From assembly GCA_964016885.1 (NCBI GenBank), contig OZ024745.1, positions 61,690,001 to 61,754,000 on the forward strand: DNA of 64,000 nt, given 5' to 3'. Below are positions 1 to 13,630 of the stretch, in pieces; the first letter of the stretch is position 1, and every line of letters begins with the position of its first letter. This stretch comes from Eledone cirrhosa (lineage: Eukaryota). The notes beneath the pieces are model-generated. The model was given only the letters and a program-made list of their open reading frames with translations. It was not told the DNA's origin and did not search any database. A program made the position numbers and the translations under genes.

Positions 1-47
1 TTGTATAAACATAGAGTAGAGCCATGTTTATTACAAGAATATTAGTC

Positions 48-258
48 AGGGCTATAAATTTGGCAGAATCGGTAGAGCAGAATCAGCAGAGGTCAAATGC
101 TTAGCAGTAATTGTTCTGGCTCTTTATGTTCTGATTTCAAATACGATCGAGGTTAGCTTTGCCTTTCATCTATACGTAGCAGTAACGCACTGGGGTCGAT
201 TTAATCAACACCCCCTCCTCCAAACGTATTCACCACGTGCCTAAATCAGAAAGCATTA
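48..258 (+). mobile_element. SINE family A (diverged)
   Basis: tggcagaatcggtaga..gaggttagctttgcctttcatc..cactggggtcgat. Confidence 0.75.
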
Positions 259-599
259 TATGTTACTCTGTTGACTATTGATTTGTATCTGGTCAGTTCT
301 TTTTGAGCAGAATCTAGACCAAAGATATTTCATTTGTTTTTACAGATGTACCCCTATTGATCTATAACCCAATGTATGTGTGTGTCTTAGGCCAGTTAAG
401 GAAAACGCACCAATCGTTCGTCATGATTTGAACTGTTTCGGCCCCACATTTGAAAAGAGTGTATAACTCTGAAATATGTTGAAATCCACTGGGTAAAACA
501 TTACATTGTTCTATTGTATTTGTCATAATTTGCTTTTTGTAACTTTCTACAACGTTGTACCGGCTTTTTGAAAATTATCATATGTATATATGTACATAT

Positions 600-810
600 G
601 CAAGGTGTTTTTTTTGTGTAGAAACCAACAGTCACCCATACAGTTCCGTGTCGCCTCTATGCTTTCCTAATGATTTCTTATGAATGAAACAGTTCTAGTC
701 CCGTAAAGTTAATTTCTATAATAAAATAAATATGCCTATATTCTACTAATGTACTGAGTACCTTTTTTGAACCGTGGTTACCTCCCGATATACATCAGGA
801 ATCCACCTAG
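600..810 (+). mobile_element. PLE pLTR fragment (family E) with decayed hammerhead
   Basis: 667-700 ctaatga-tttcttatgaat-gaaac-agttcta-gtc nearly matches the intact HHR at 52264-52297. 754-800 matches the reverse complement of 52205-52248. Confidence 0.6.
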
Positions 811-1119
811 TGTGTGTGTGGTCATATTTAAAACCTTATCTGCTACAATATATCTTATGAAGAAGGTTAGAGTATTATGTATATAGTGCTATGTGAGAGA
901 AAAATGTGCTGTTCTACATACATTTGATATTGATTTACAGTAAAATTACCTATGGGAAATCCTTCAGCTGAGACGATCAGCTCCCATCCAGGAAGAGATT
1001 CTCGTAATGCTCACTAATACAATACATTAGAAAAAAGGATATTTCTGAACACAAACTCAATGGCACGCAGAAAAAATATGCATATCTTCATTTGCATATA
1101 CATCTATGCGTGTTATATA

Positions 1120-2593
1120 TGTGGTTTATATCGTGATGACTGTCTTATTCTTTCAACTAATCTTAGCCTATCAGAAATTGAAAAAAATAAAAAACTTAGA
1201 ACTTTCCTCAAAGACTATTACAATCTCACTATTACATTTGAAAACACCAGTAAAATAGTCAATTTCCTAGATATAACTTTAGACCTATCTACGGGTATCT
1301 ACCAACCTTACCATAAACCTAACCAAAACTTACATTACATACACTCATAATCCAATCATCCTAGATCTATCCTTAAAAATCTAGCATATAATATCTTACT
1401 TAGAATCTCTAACCTTTCATCTAACCAGGATGTATTCGATAAAAACGCGCCCTTTTATAACGAAGCTTTAGCTAGAAGCGGCCAAAAAAACAAATTAGTC
1501 TATATACCTTGCACCAATAATACTTCAAACATACAACCCAATATTACCAACAAACACCAAATGAAAAACCCACACCTAAATGCCACTCATACTACACCCC
1601 AAAATACCAACCTAAAACTTAATTTCTCTACCTCTTCTCACATAAAATATAATGACTTTCAAAAATCCATTCATCCTAATACTCCAATATATGTTAACAA
1701 CATTACTAACAAAATTCCTAGTAATCAGACTAAAACACCTAAATCAGTTAATCTAACTAAACCTATATATAATAAATTCACTAATAGTAACTCTCTTAGT
1801 AAACATCCTGATACATCGTATAAATATAAAAAAAACAATATTGAAACCGTAATAGACGGGTTACTTGGTATAATGCGCCATTTAATCTACAAATTAAAGA
1901 TAATATCCCTAAAAACATTTTACTATCCTAGAGAAAAACTTCCCGCCAAACCATAAATACCACCAAATTTTAAATAGATCAACTGTCAAATTTTCATAGT
2001 CCACTACCAAAAATATACAACAAAATATAAGTGCGTACAACGCATATAAATGTAAAAAAACCACAAATATACCACCAACACATCAAACCAACCATAATAC
2101 TAAAATAAACCGCAACAAACCACCATCTCCTTCACCTATAACAAGTCGAGTAAACTCCACACCAAATTTGACTAACTCCCATGATATAATATTCACGAAT
2201 GGTTGTAACTGTAGAATCAAAAGAAATTGCCCATTAAAGGGAAATTGTCTTATTAATAACATAGTCTATAAATGTAAAATTAGCACTAAGGACTCCACTT
2301 ATTCATATATAGGAGCTACGTCTAACCAATTTAAAATAAGATTTAATACCCACAAACATAGTTTTAAAAATGCCGCATTAGCTAATACAACATCCTTGGC
2401 TGAAACAATTAATAATTATAGAAAGAAGAATATCGATTACAACCTGACTTGGAGTGTGCTCAAAAGGGCCACCCCTTATCAAAATAACAGATACGAGTGT
2501 AGGTTATGCTCCCAGGAACTTTTTGAAATCATGAAATCTAAGGATATCCTATTAAATAAGCAACATCTTGCAATCATAGAATTGCAATCATAG
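1120..2593 (+). pseudogene. Disrupted PLE RT + GIY-YIG ORF
   Basis: ORF pieces 1060-1350, 1561-1956 and 2168-2593 separated by stops/frameshifts; short tandem duplication (ttgcaatcatagaa x2) at the end. Confidence 0.85.
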
Positions 2594-3332
2594 AATTAGA
2601 AGAACCTTCAAATATTATAAACCTAATTAATATACACCTTACACTTATATTTTACATATTATTATAATTAGTTTTTTTAATTTAGTTAACCTATAATTAG
2701 TACTTTACTACAGAGAACTTCATAATTTTATTTCCCTCTTACAGCTCTTTTTTTCTAAAATTAATACCTAAAAGTATACCTATAAATTAATTTAATTTCC
2801 TGTTCTGAATCTAGATTCCTTGTAGTTTATATAAGATTGGTATTTCTAAAATTATCCCAAAATTTTACTTTCCTTCGTTTTTAACAACACTCTTTAATAA
2901 CATATAATTCTTATTTATCACATTCATATGAATTAATATAAATTTATCCCTATAAGTATACCTATCAATTAATTTAATTTCTTGTTATAGATCTAGATTC
3001 CTTGTGGTTTAAATAAGATTGGTATTTCTCACTAATACCCTTACCCTAAAATTTTATTTTCCTTCGTTTTTAACATTATTCTTTAATAACATCAAATTTT
3101 CGTGTACCTTTCACTGGCTTGACCTCTTCTCAACCCCAAAGTATTCTTTTCATTCAAAGTATTCTTTTCATTCAAAACATAAGTCTGCACTCCTATACCC
3201 CTAAATTAAATTTCTGCTACCACTATACTATCAACTTGACCTCTAACTACTTTTCTATTGGTCAATTCAAAACCTGTTCCCAAACAGACCTTTTATATTA
3301 AATCTTTGTTGTTCTTTTTCAATAAACTAATC

Positions 3333-3468
3333 TCATCATTTCTGAAGACAGCATGTATATGTGAAGGTATGTATATTTCCTCTGATAATTTGTAATATTT
3401 TTACATAGATCTATATGATATACATACCAACATACATATACATCCTAGAAACGATCGTAAAATGATGA
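3333..3468 (+). ncRNA. Type I hammerhead ribozyme with long stem II
   Basis: Stem I tcatcattt/aaatgatga, core CTGAAGA (3342), stem II atgtatatgt/acatatacat, GAAAC (3448), palindromic stem III acgatcgt, GTA cleavage triplet. Confidence 0.8.
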
Positions 3469-3506
3469 ATCTTTTAATATAAAGAACTTGTTGTTTGTTT
3501 TTATTT

Positions 3507-3580
<74 letters not shown>

Positions 3581-3582
<2 letters not shown>

Positions 3583-3856
3583 ATATGGCCTAGTGGTAAG
3601 AGTGTTGGACTTATGATCATAATGTCGTGGGTTCGATTCCTGTGTTGCGTGTTATGTTCTTGAGCAAAACACTTCATTTCACGTTTTTCCAGTATACTCA
3701 CCTGAAAATGAGTACCAGCAATAGCTGGAGGTTTATCCCTGAGATGGACTGGCGTCCTGTCCAGGGGGTATCTTGTACTCTCAGTCGCTTCACGCCATGA
3801 AACCGGGATACGTACCGGCCAAATGAGCCTTCTGGCTTAAGACAGACTTTAGACTT
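3581..3856 (+). mobile_element. tRNA-derived SINE, family B
   Basis: A box tggcctagtgg, B box ggttcgattcc; full-length reverse-strand homologue at 42236-42510. Confidence 0.85.
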
Positions 3857-4031
3857 TATATATATATATATGGGATAACAAATTATCGTTATAGGTAATC
3901 CAGTTAGAGGGTGTGAGTACTCTGTATTATGGATAGCTTTAATATACGGCGTTGTTTGACTCAACAAGAGGTTTCCTTAGTTAGGAGGCGAGTTCACAGG
4001 AATTCCTATGCAGGTTAATCTTGGAGTAATA

Positions 4032-5265
4032 ATAGTGAAATAGTAAAGAATAACATGGTCAACAGTATAAAAAGGGTTTTATTTACAGTATTAACAATTG
4101 TTAACATACAAAACCGCAACGAAGAACCTGCACACAGGAAGGCCTCCAAATGTAACTGCCACTACACAATGGATGCCTGGAATCAAATATAGTGTACCTG
4201 TGTACTATAAATTCAGGCAACTTAGCATGGCACTATATAGGCTCTACGGCTGGGGAGTTCTAAAAAAGATGGTATGTTCACAGACATTCTATGAAGAACC
4301 GTAGACTAGAGAACTCAACAACGTTGGCCAATAAAATCTGGCAGCTTAAGGATACAGACCAAGAATACAGGATTAGCTGGTCGAAATTATCGGGAGCAAA
4401 GGCCTACAGTAATGGAATGTCCCACTGCGGTCTTTGCAATATGGAGCTGTTCCATATTTTAAAGTATGTCAAAATGATGCTTAACAGCAAAATAGAAAGA
4501 TCAATTTTCTGTAGGCACAAAGCAGCTACTAAATTCGCAAATTTCAAACCAACATGATTCGATCCCATAATTCAAACTGAACCTATTATAATAACTACAT
4601 ACAAACCCACTATTATTAACTGTCAACAGACCAACCAATCACTAAATCAACATCATAAACCTACTAACCTTTCTTTCACTTTCTTTTCACTCTCTGTCCC
4701 TCAAGCTATTTCACCTCTCCCCTTGTATCCTATCCTGTATCTCTTAACCTCTAACCTAACTTCTAATTTATTAATTTATCTTTTATATGTTATTTATCAT
4801 TATATTCTTTCTTCCTACTCTAACCATCTGTGACTTAACCAATACATATGTATATATTTAATATATTTTCATATTAATGACATTCCTATCCTCATCACAT
4901 CTTTATACTTACACACCATTATAATTTAACCACCACCACCACCACTATTTTCAACAATCATATTATGTTCATATATCTTTTTTACTTATTTTTTATCATC
5001 TTCATTCTTTATTATTATTTTTTCTTTTTCTTTCTTTATTATTGATGTTGTTATTTGAATTCTCCGTAGTATAAATACAAACATCGAGTGTAATTTTGTC
5101 AGTTATTCCGATGGTTTGATTAGGCATACACTGTATTTAAGGTTGAGTGATTCAACTTCGAGTGATTAGCAACCTTTAGACATCCTAATCAATGAAACAA
5201 TTGTTAATACTGTAAATAAAACCCTTTTTGTACTGTTGACCATGTTATTCTTCACTATTTCACTA
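4032..5265 (+). mobile_element. Short 5'-truncated PLE (GIY-YIG end, 3' UTR, HHR) with inverted terminal copy
   Basis: ORF 4291-4557 (TTLANKIWQLKD..WS..CGLCNME..MLNSK..FCRHK). 4032-4102 is the reverse complement of 5196-5265. Confidence 0.85.
5100..5212 (+). ncRNA. Hammerhead-like motif with altered core (CCGATGG)
   Basis: Stem I cagttatt/aatactg, stem II ttgattagg/cctaatcaa, GAAAC-aatt-GTT; two core substitutions. Confidence 0.6.
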
Positions 5266-5317
5266 TATATATATATATTATATATATTGTATTATATATA
5301 TATATATATGTAAATGA

Positions 5318-5359
<42 letters not shown>

Positions 5360-5414
5360 GTGTGTCATATATATATGCATGTAAATGAGTGTCTATACAT
5401 ACACACACACACAC

Positions 5415-5448
<34 letters not shown>

Positions 5449-5606
5449 GTATATGTATGTATATATATATGTAAATATATATGTATATAAATGTATATAA
5501 ATATATATCTATATAAATGTATATATATATATATATTCATATATATATATGCAAATTTATACATACATACACGCACACGCACACGTACACACACATACAT
5601 ACATAA

Positions 5607-5637
<31 letters not shown>

Positions 5638-6017
5638 CATACATTAAATCATTCAAGTTTTTTTACAAATGTTTCGATTCAAATAATTTAACTAATACTT
5701 AAGCTATAGCATTATAGTAGAACATTTGAAGAAGTGTTGAACATAAATAAAGTGTTGAACACAAAGATAAGCCAAGTAACGTTTCAATAAAGAAACGCTA
5801 AATATGAACTGATGAATACAATTGTGGATTTAAAAACAAGAAGATTACCCAAGTCGTGAAGAAATTACAATTTAATTCTGACAAAATTCTGTCGAAACGT
5901 AAAGAAAATAATCGTCTATTTTGAAAAATAAATATAAATATTAATGAATAGACAAAATCATCATCTTCTTCGACCAAATCCTGACTCAATCATTGTATGC
6001 AATGGAACTACAATCTT

Positions 6018-6210
6018 AAAGATTTATATGAAGCATATATGCAATACGGGCCCCCAAAAGTTCGGCATTACCCAAAGGTGTTTTGATGCATAGAAACAGT
6101 AATATTACTGTAATTTACAGTAATATTACTGTTTCTATGCATCAAAACACCTTTGGGTAATGCCGAACTTTTGGGGGCCCGTATTGCATATATGCTTCAT
6201 ATAAATCTTT
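6018..6210. repeat. Perfect palindrome, 96-bp arms, 1-nt centre
   Basis: 6018-6113 is the reverse complement of 6115-6210. Confidence 0.95.
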
Positions 6211-6211
6211 T

Positions 6212-6400
6212 GGGCGGTGGATTGGCAGTATCGGTAGAGGGTCGGACGCCATGCTTTCCAGCATAGTTACGTCCCTTTACGATCTGAGTTCAAATCCCGC
6301 CGAGGTTGACTTTGCCTTTCATCCTTACGGGGTCGATAAAATAAAGTACCAGTAATGCACTGGGTAATTGCTGGCCTTGTGCCTAAAGTAGAAACAATTA
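6212..6400 (+). mobile_element. tRNA-derived SINE, family A
   Basis: ggattggcagtatcggtaga head, B box gagttcaaatcc, body gcctttcatccttacggggtcgataaaataaagtaccag, tail gtagaaacaatta; about 20 copies in the window. Confidence 0.9.
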
Positions 6401-6699
6401 CTGTAATTTACAGTAATATTACTGGCAATAAATGTAGACTGCGTAAAACAAAGATTGAAGATTTTTAGCCACATTATTGCCAAAAGTGAAATGTTTTCTC
6501 GTTACTACCTCCCCATAAGGTATAATCTCGTAGTTAGAATGATCTGGAATTAAATGTGGAGGAATATGTTGGGACTGATGGCCGAAAGTAATCCTAGTGG
6601 AAACTAAAAATAAAAACTGCCCCCAAATTAAAGCATAACCGGCCTCATGTTGTTTGAAACCACGTTGAAATCGTGCTTTTTCGTAGAACTCAGCTTCCC

Positions 6700-6920
6700 A
6701 CATGATGTTAATGGAGTAAGAAAAAATGCAAGAGAAGGAGAATATCTATGGACAATTGATGAGGAGTTTGCGGATCCAGTATCCAAGATATACTTTCAGC
6801 TTCATACCCGTCCTTATTAGACGTACAGGTTATATACCAACCCACCTGAAACAAAATATAACTGAGTTTGGATTTGTGGAGAAAGAACGTCAGTCCTCAA
6901 TAATTCGAAGCCTTAAAAAC
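6700..6920 (+). mobile_element. R4/Dong-type LINE C-terminal (RLE) fragment
   Basis: KENIYGQLMRSLRIQYPRYTFSFIPVLI..TGYIP resembles the end of restriction-like endonuclease LINE ORFs. Confidence 0.55.
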
Positions 6921-6998
6921 AGTACACACACACTCACACATATATACATACATGAATATATATACATTTAGATAGATATATTAGATAAATATATATAC

Positions 6999-7038
<40 letters not shown>

Positions 7039-7084
7039 ACACACACACACACACATATATATATGAAGGAACGAAGGAACGATC

Positions 7085-7288
7085 GACTTTTTTGTCAAAT
7101 CGGACCGAGGGAACAATGTTTCCGTTGGTCTTTCCAATTGCTAATACTATCTATCGGTCGCAACTCCAGGTAGAAGGAGCAACGTGAAATAAAGTGTCTT
7201 GCTCAAGGACATAACGCATTGCCTGGTCTAGGAATCGAACTCACAACCTTACGATTGCGAATCCAATTTCCCAACCACTCAGCCACAC
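7085..7288 (-). mobile_element. SINE related to family B (partial)
   Basis: ggagcaacgtgaaataaagtgtcttgctcaagg..ggaatcgaactc shared with 42399-42460. Confidence 0.7.
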
Positions 7289-7294
7289 ATATAT

Positions 7295-7333
<39 letters not shown>

Positions 7334-7702
7334 CACCCCCATACTCATATATATATGCAGCAAATACCGATATTAATATATGTCGATATATATTTATACA
7401 AATATTTGCTTGTATATATTTATATAAAATATATACATATATTATTTCCCAGAAATTAATTATTTTTATAATTTTGGTTCCTAAATTTACATTTTAATTT
7501 AACCTCCGATATCAAATCAATCAAATGTTTTGAAACTGAAAATGTAACATAAATATTTAAAAAAATGTATAAGACAGAAACAAAGAAGAAAAGTTTACAA
7601 CAAACAAACGTCTAAACATTAAGTTTGTTGTGTAAGAATTTCGTGTGTATTTATTGATTTGTCACCTATTTACTGTCATGGTTTTATATACACACACACA
7701 TG

Positions 7703-7829
<127 letters not shown>

Positions 7830-9294
7830 TTTTTATATATATATAGACACATTTGAGTATATATATATATATATATATATTACTTTTGTGTTGTGTTTAG
7901 TGGAATTATTCATTTACATATTTTGGCGTTATGCTTTAATTTAATTTACATATTATCAATTGTTACAATGATAGCATCAACTCCCCTAATATATAATGCT
8001 TCCTTCTGCATAATTGGCTTTGTAAGTTGCTACGACAATCATCCATACCCATTCTCGAAACTATGAATGTGTGTAAACGGATCTTTTAGGAAATAGATAT
8101 TAAGCGTGTAAGTTTGTGAATAGTTGTCACATTGGAAAAGGAATACTATTTGTCCTATGAGGAAAACAAATTATTATTATTAATTACGTTAATCATTATA
8201 ATTAATTAATGATATTTGTTTTATCAACCACGATTTCAAAACATTAAATGGTGTTTTTGTTCGTTTTGTTTTTGACTCAGGATTTTAGAGAACGAACAAT
8301 AAAGTACTTCATCTTCCTTTCTATCCAACTACATATCAACTCTGAATATACAATTTACTTGTGCAGTCGTTTTCCAACAAACAGTACAAAGTGGATATCT
8401 ACTTACGGACAGTTCAATACTTGATAGAATATCACTATGCTGACTTACGAAAACTCTTTCCCGCTTTCATGCGACCTTCAAGATATAGAAGCAAAATTTC
8501 CATCAAAGGACACATTGGACAAAGGGGGTCGTTTGGTAACAGCGATAATTCATTTCATCATAGGTATTCTTAATTCGGTAAGACAGCTACAAAACCTTCA
8601 ATGTTGTTCTTGTGATCTATTTATCTATGGAAATATATATAGATACATATGGCATGCATTCGTAAACTTTGCAGATGCAAATCCATGGACAGTTATGAAG
8701 GAAAGCCGCCTATTTTTACATCATATACTTGGAAATAATTTTTACTGGATTTCTATACATTTTTAATGAAATTTATTTTCATAAATGTAGTTGTAAAGCA
8801 AAACTGCAAATTATTTGTGTCTAAAATAAAAAAAAAATATTTGACATTCTAAGTTTCGTTATAATTGGGAGCAAGTATATGGGGAGGAGAGACAAATACA
8901 CACAGAATTCACCATTAACGAAGTTGTCATCATCTCACAAAGAACATTATTACAGGTTTTGGTAATCAAATTACAGAAAGTCGTGTTCAGATGGTGAGAC
9001 AGGGTGGCGGTGTATGTAATCCTAACGCATGCAAGACATTGTCATTTTCTAATTTAGTGGTAATGTAACTAAGAAACTTGACGAATTAATCCTGGCGTGT
9101 ATTTTGTAAAGCATGAAACTTTTAAATTAGACTGAAATGAAATGAAATGAATAGTTGTTCAGTATCAAACTGACAGAGGATAGGCTTTGAAAAGTGATAC
9201 TTAAAGATAGAAAATACTCAATGGTAGGTGTAAAAATTGACATCATTTTCAGCTGATAACGCTCTTTTTAAAACGTATTCACATCCATTTCTAA

Positions 9295-9440
9295 TTGATT
9301 CGGCTAGATCCCCAAGAAAGACGATGTTATCCAACCATCTTCAGGGTCTACCCCTGGGTCTCCTGCCAGTGTTAGAATATAGAAAGGTCCACGTGGTGTG
9401 ATATGAACTCCTCACCGACGCGGATATGAACATAGAAACC
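9295..9440 (-). mobile_element. RTE-type LINE 3' fragment
   Basis: Minus strand reads TGRRPRGRP*RWLDNI, the typical RTE C-terminal motif. Confidence 0.6.
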
Positions 9441-10555
9441 TTTATTGTCATATGCTGAAAAATGGTATACATATTAAATTTGTCTCTCTGTATACAACAC
9501 TAACCTAAATGCTATTTCAAATGGGGTAGTTCTTGTATTTTAGTGTATATAATAGATTACCTTCAAATTGAAAAGAGCAGCACCAACAATCTTATGTCAT
9601 ATGACTACTCAAATATTCTTAATTTCAAGAGTAATTTAGATGTTTAGTTGCTCTTGTTAAAGTGCATCGAGACATATTGATATAACAGGATATATTATGT
9701 ATTTTAACGACTGGAAATTCACACTGGACTAGAAGTTATGAGCCAAAACACTCGTTTCAGGGGTTTTTCTCCTCTGAAGACCATCTGCTATCCAGAAATA
9801 TTTATTTTCAAAAATTTCCAAAGTCCTATGAAATCCAATGTGGTTGCTACATGATCAGTAAACCGGCTAAAATGCAATCAAATGTCTTTATGTCATATCC
9901 CACCAACTTAAAATAGGTCACATTATGTAATACACTCCTAGGCAGGCCAAATAAATGATAAGATAGTCACAGTTGGAATACTTTTGATCATAAATCTGCT
10001 GAATCATAGCTGACCCGAGGCTAAATAACGTAAAATTTGTTTAGTAATGTATTAAATTAGATGCTTCAATACGTTTCTTTTATGTTTTACTAGATTTATG
10101 AAAATGAAGACCCCAAAACACACACTAATGTCCCCTAAAAAGAAAAAGAAAATATTTTTAATCTTAAAATATTTGTATATGTCTCTAGGGGATTTTATTT
10201 CAATATCATGGTTTTCTATACTATTAGGGTTTTTCTATTTCTCTAAATTTAGAAAATCATTGAAATGTTTCACTAAATTTCGATGATAACAAAACAAAAA
10301 AACTAAAAAGAAGTGAAGAGTGAAAAACGAAACGAAAATCCTTTTCAAATATTTATTTCTGGTAAAATTGACATCTCTCAAAAATATTGCAGTCAGTTTG
10401 ACAGAAACGCTAATGAAATGAAATGAAAAAGGGAGAGAGAAAAAGACAGGGAGAGATAGAAAAATAAAGAAAAATAAAAGATAGTGAGAAATAGAGTGTA
10501 ATTGAGAGAGAAAGAGTGAGAGAAAGAAATGGAAAGAGAAAGAGAAAGATAGTGA

Positions 10556-10606
<51 letters not shown>

Positions 10607-11002
10607 AAGAGAGAGAAAACGCAAATAACAAACAATATTGCTGAAAATTAAATGAGAGAAAAACGTACTTAATTCATGCAAGGAAGAAAATGTTGGATGG
10701 AGAGAAACTTTCAATATTTAGGCAAATGAAAAAGGAAAATCATATAAAAGAATTGAAATTCAGTGAGAAAAAATATGAAGCGATGAGGATATTACAGGTT
10801 CCAGGAAGTATAAAAACAAGAAAATGGCGAAGAGAGTGTACACTAAATATATATTTATATATTATTCAGCATCATGCTTGTGTACAGATTCTTTCATTTG
10901 CCTGAGTCCAAGAAATAACTAGAGCTATGGCAGTAGTGATGTAAAGGCGAGGGCTTTCCTGTCTTAGAATATGCCCTGTTGTATATGTTCCAATTCTATG
11001 TG

Positions 11003-11260
11003 TTGTGAGTTCAAACCCAGCCGAGATCAACAACGTAGATCAAACTTTCGGGGATCGACAAATAAAGTACTATAGAAATACTCGGATGGGATTCTTCTGT
11101 ATGTGTCCCTTTGGTCAAACTTTCGGGGATCGACAAATAAAGTACTATAGAAATACTCCTATAGATTCTTCAGTATGTGTCCCTTTGATCAAACTTTCGG
11201 GGATCGGCAAATAAAATACTATAGAAATACTCGGATAGATTCTTGTGAGTGTGTCCCTTT
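11003..11260 (+). repeat. SINE A-derived tandem repeat, ~75-bp unit x3
   Basis: tcaaactttcggggatcgacaaataaagtactatagaaatactc at 11040, 11115 and 11189, after a B box. Confidence 0.85.
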
Positions 11261-12160
11261 CTATTTCTCTGAATTAGCTGCTTTGTGAGAGTGATCGAGG
11301 GTTCAAGCTATCAGTGTCACGTTTTCAACAAATAAGTATGCTACTGAAACCTTCCAATGATGTTCCGATACTATAATCGGCAAAATGGTCTAAACGAAAC
11401 CACCGAGACTCTAGATAAACATCAAAAATCATAAGTAGTTTACTTACATTCTCTGTTATTAAGATCTGGTTATGACTAAGACATTTAAATTTCAATCTAT
11501 ATGGTTTTATATCAGATTGGTTTGTCTCTTTAATAACACCGACAATACTTTTCTAGATTGATACTATACTTTATTGACTTAGCAGGAATGAAAACCAAAT
11601 TGACTTCGATGGAATTTGAACCGATAAAATGAAGATCCGGAACAAATACTACATGGTCTTATATCTGTCGTTTTAATGATTCTGTCAGCCGCATTAGTAC
11701 TTATTATTGTCAGGCAGTCCACCTTGTAGTATTATGCAAATAAGGAGTTTTGATATATCCATGGCTACATTTTAATTAATGGCTTTCATCTACTATCATC
11801 GGCAGTTTGGAAAGGAGAGGTGAGCGATTCCCGATTAATTATTAAATAACAATAACAGCGATCGATTCATTTCTCATGCAAAAGAGCCGAAAAGGCCTCA
11901 TGGCGCTTAATTTCACAGTTTGACTATGCACGTATGGATGTAAACCCGTATATTTATTTGTATTCAATACATTACGTTAGATAACTGGGTTTCCTCAAAA
12001 TGTCACATAGAAAATCGACTGTCTTGAATGTTAAGAATGGTGTATTTAAATTAGATACGTTACAAATTACAAATTAGATACATTTTACCGTGTTTTATTT
12101 CTTCTCGACAATAAGTTTAGCTGTATACACAAACACACACGTTCCATCATTCGTCCTTGA

Positions 12161-12230
<70 letters not shown>

Positions 12231-12241
12231 TGTGTGTGTGT

Positions 12242-12274
<33 letters not shown>

Positions 12275-12879
12275 CTTGTGCGTGCGTGTATTTATGGTCA
12301 TTTGCTTGAAACTGCTAAATAAATAAATATGCCCAGGAATAAATGTATGAAACTGGATTTCTGTTACTGTTAAGATTTTCCGTGCAAAATTGAAAACAGA
12401 GGGAACTCTGAGACCTGTTTCTAAATAATTTGTCCTTAAGCCATTGACTTTCATTACAAATGATCCTTACTTGCCAGTATGAACGTTCATTGCATTCACA
12501 ACTAATGCTGCCATATCATTACTAATATGGTAAAGTATTTTATAAGAAGATATCGTGTGTGTGTGTGCACAACCAAACATCATTCCATACTGGAGTAACT
12601 CTAAGGAAATATACATAGGAATACAAAGATTCCCTCGGTAAGAAACCAAAAGCCTATATGCAATTAATCAATATTAGTTACTTTTACCTTGTCACTATTA
12701 TTTGTTTGGCAGAGAAAGGATGTAGTGACATATACCCCCCCCCCCCAAAAAAAAAACAAAACAAAAAAAACAAAAAAAAAAACGAAACATAACAAAACAA
12801 CATATTACTTATTTACTGAAATCTATTTAATGCATTGGATACGTGGTGAAAACAAGGGATGTTTTGGGAAGGATAAATC

Positions 12880-13330
12880 ACCTGCTTTGGATTGGTGGCG
12901 GCGTTTCCGCTAGTGTTGCTGCTGGTAGTGTTGCCGGTGCTGGTGATGGTGATGGTGGTGGTTCCCTCTTCGGTGTCGGCAGCACTGGACGTTTTTGACC
13001 CCTTGCATTTTTGAGCTGAGGGTAGAAGACTCGCAAGGGAGCTATTTTGCCTGAGATGAAACAGTACGGCCTTTTACCCTCGGTCATTACTAGCAGAATC
13101 GTTGCGTTTTGGAGACGGACGTGGAGACGGACGGGATTTTTCTTAGATCCCAAGTTCTGATTTGGAGAAGTATCTCCAGGTCAAACTCTGGACCAGTCCT
13201 CTCATGCTGTTCTGGTTGCCTCGATAGGAACGGCATCTGTTCCTTTCACAATCACGCATACCACATATCTAGTCCTGGTGGAATCCTGGGAATGCGGAGG
13301 GGTTGGGGGGCATGTCTCATCCATTTTTTT
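12880..13330 (-). mobile_element. Decayed LINE ORF1/gag-like fragment with eroded zinc knuckle
   Basis: EGKRPYCFISGKIAPLRVFYP keeps CX2CX4HX4C spacing (C,S,P,Y), followed by a Pro-rich tail. Confidence 0.5.
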
Positions 13331-13486
13331 AAAATAAGCAAAAGATATACAAAGTTCAAATATTTGGGCCAAAAGTCCACAGCGCACAGACGGAAGTCTT
13401 ACGATCCTTTAAAAAAAAGAATATAACAATTAATACGGAGCTCACAGAAACTCGTCTTCACACTCTGACAGCAAAAAAAAAATTAA

Positions 13487-13630
13487 CAAAGGCCAGCAAT
13501 TTAGGTGAAGGGAAAAGTCGATCATATCGAACCCAGTACTTAATTGGTACGTTGATGTTGGCGGGATTTGAAATCAGAACGTAGAAAATTGTAACTAGAT
13601 ACCACAAAGCATTTACTGCCAATCCACCAT
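13487..13630 (-). mobile_element. SINE family A (diverged)
   Basis: aaggccagcaattt..ggcgggatttgaa..gccaatccacc. Confidence 0.7.

Larger units (their letters stand above)
1119..3510 (+). mobile_element. 5'-truncated Penelope-like retroelement (Naiad-like), family A
   Basis: RT motifs GLYRDD, VNFLDITLDL, YIH.SNHP; CNCRIKRNCPL before a GIY-YIG domain (IVYKC..YIGAT..FK.RF..H, CRLC..E); 3' UTR with HHR; ends at (TA)n. Confidence 0.9.

Noticed and set aside
3581-3642. tRNA gene
   Set aside because: A and B boxes continue into a SINE body; no complete cloverleaf.
5805-5905. ctgatga...gaaacgta hammerhead candidate
   Set aside because: No stem I or stem II pairing.
8281-8766. ORFs after an acceptor-like site
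   Set aside because: In-frame stops and no recognisable homology.
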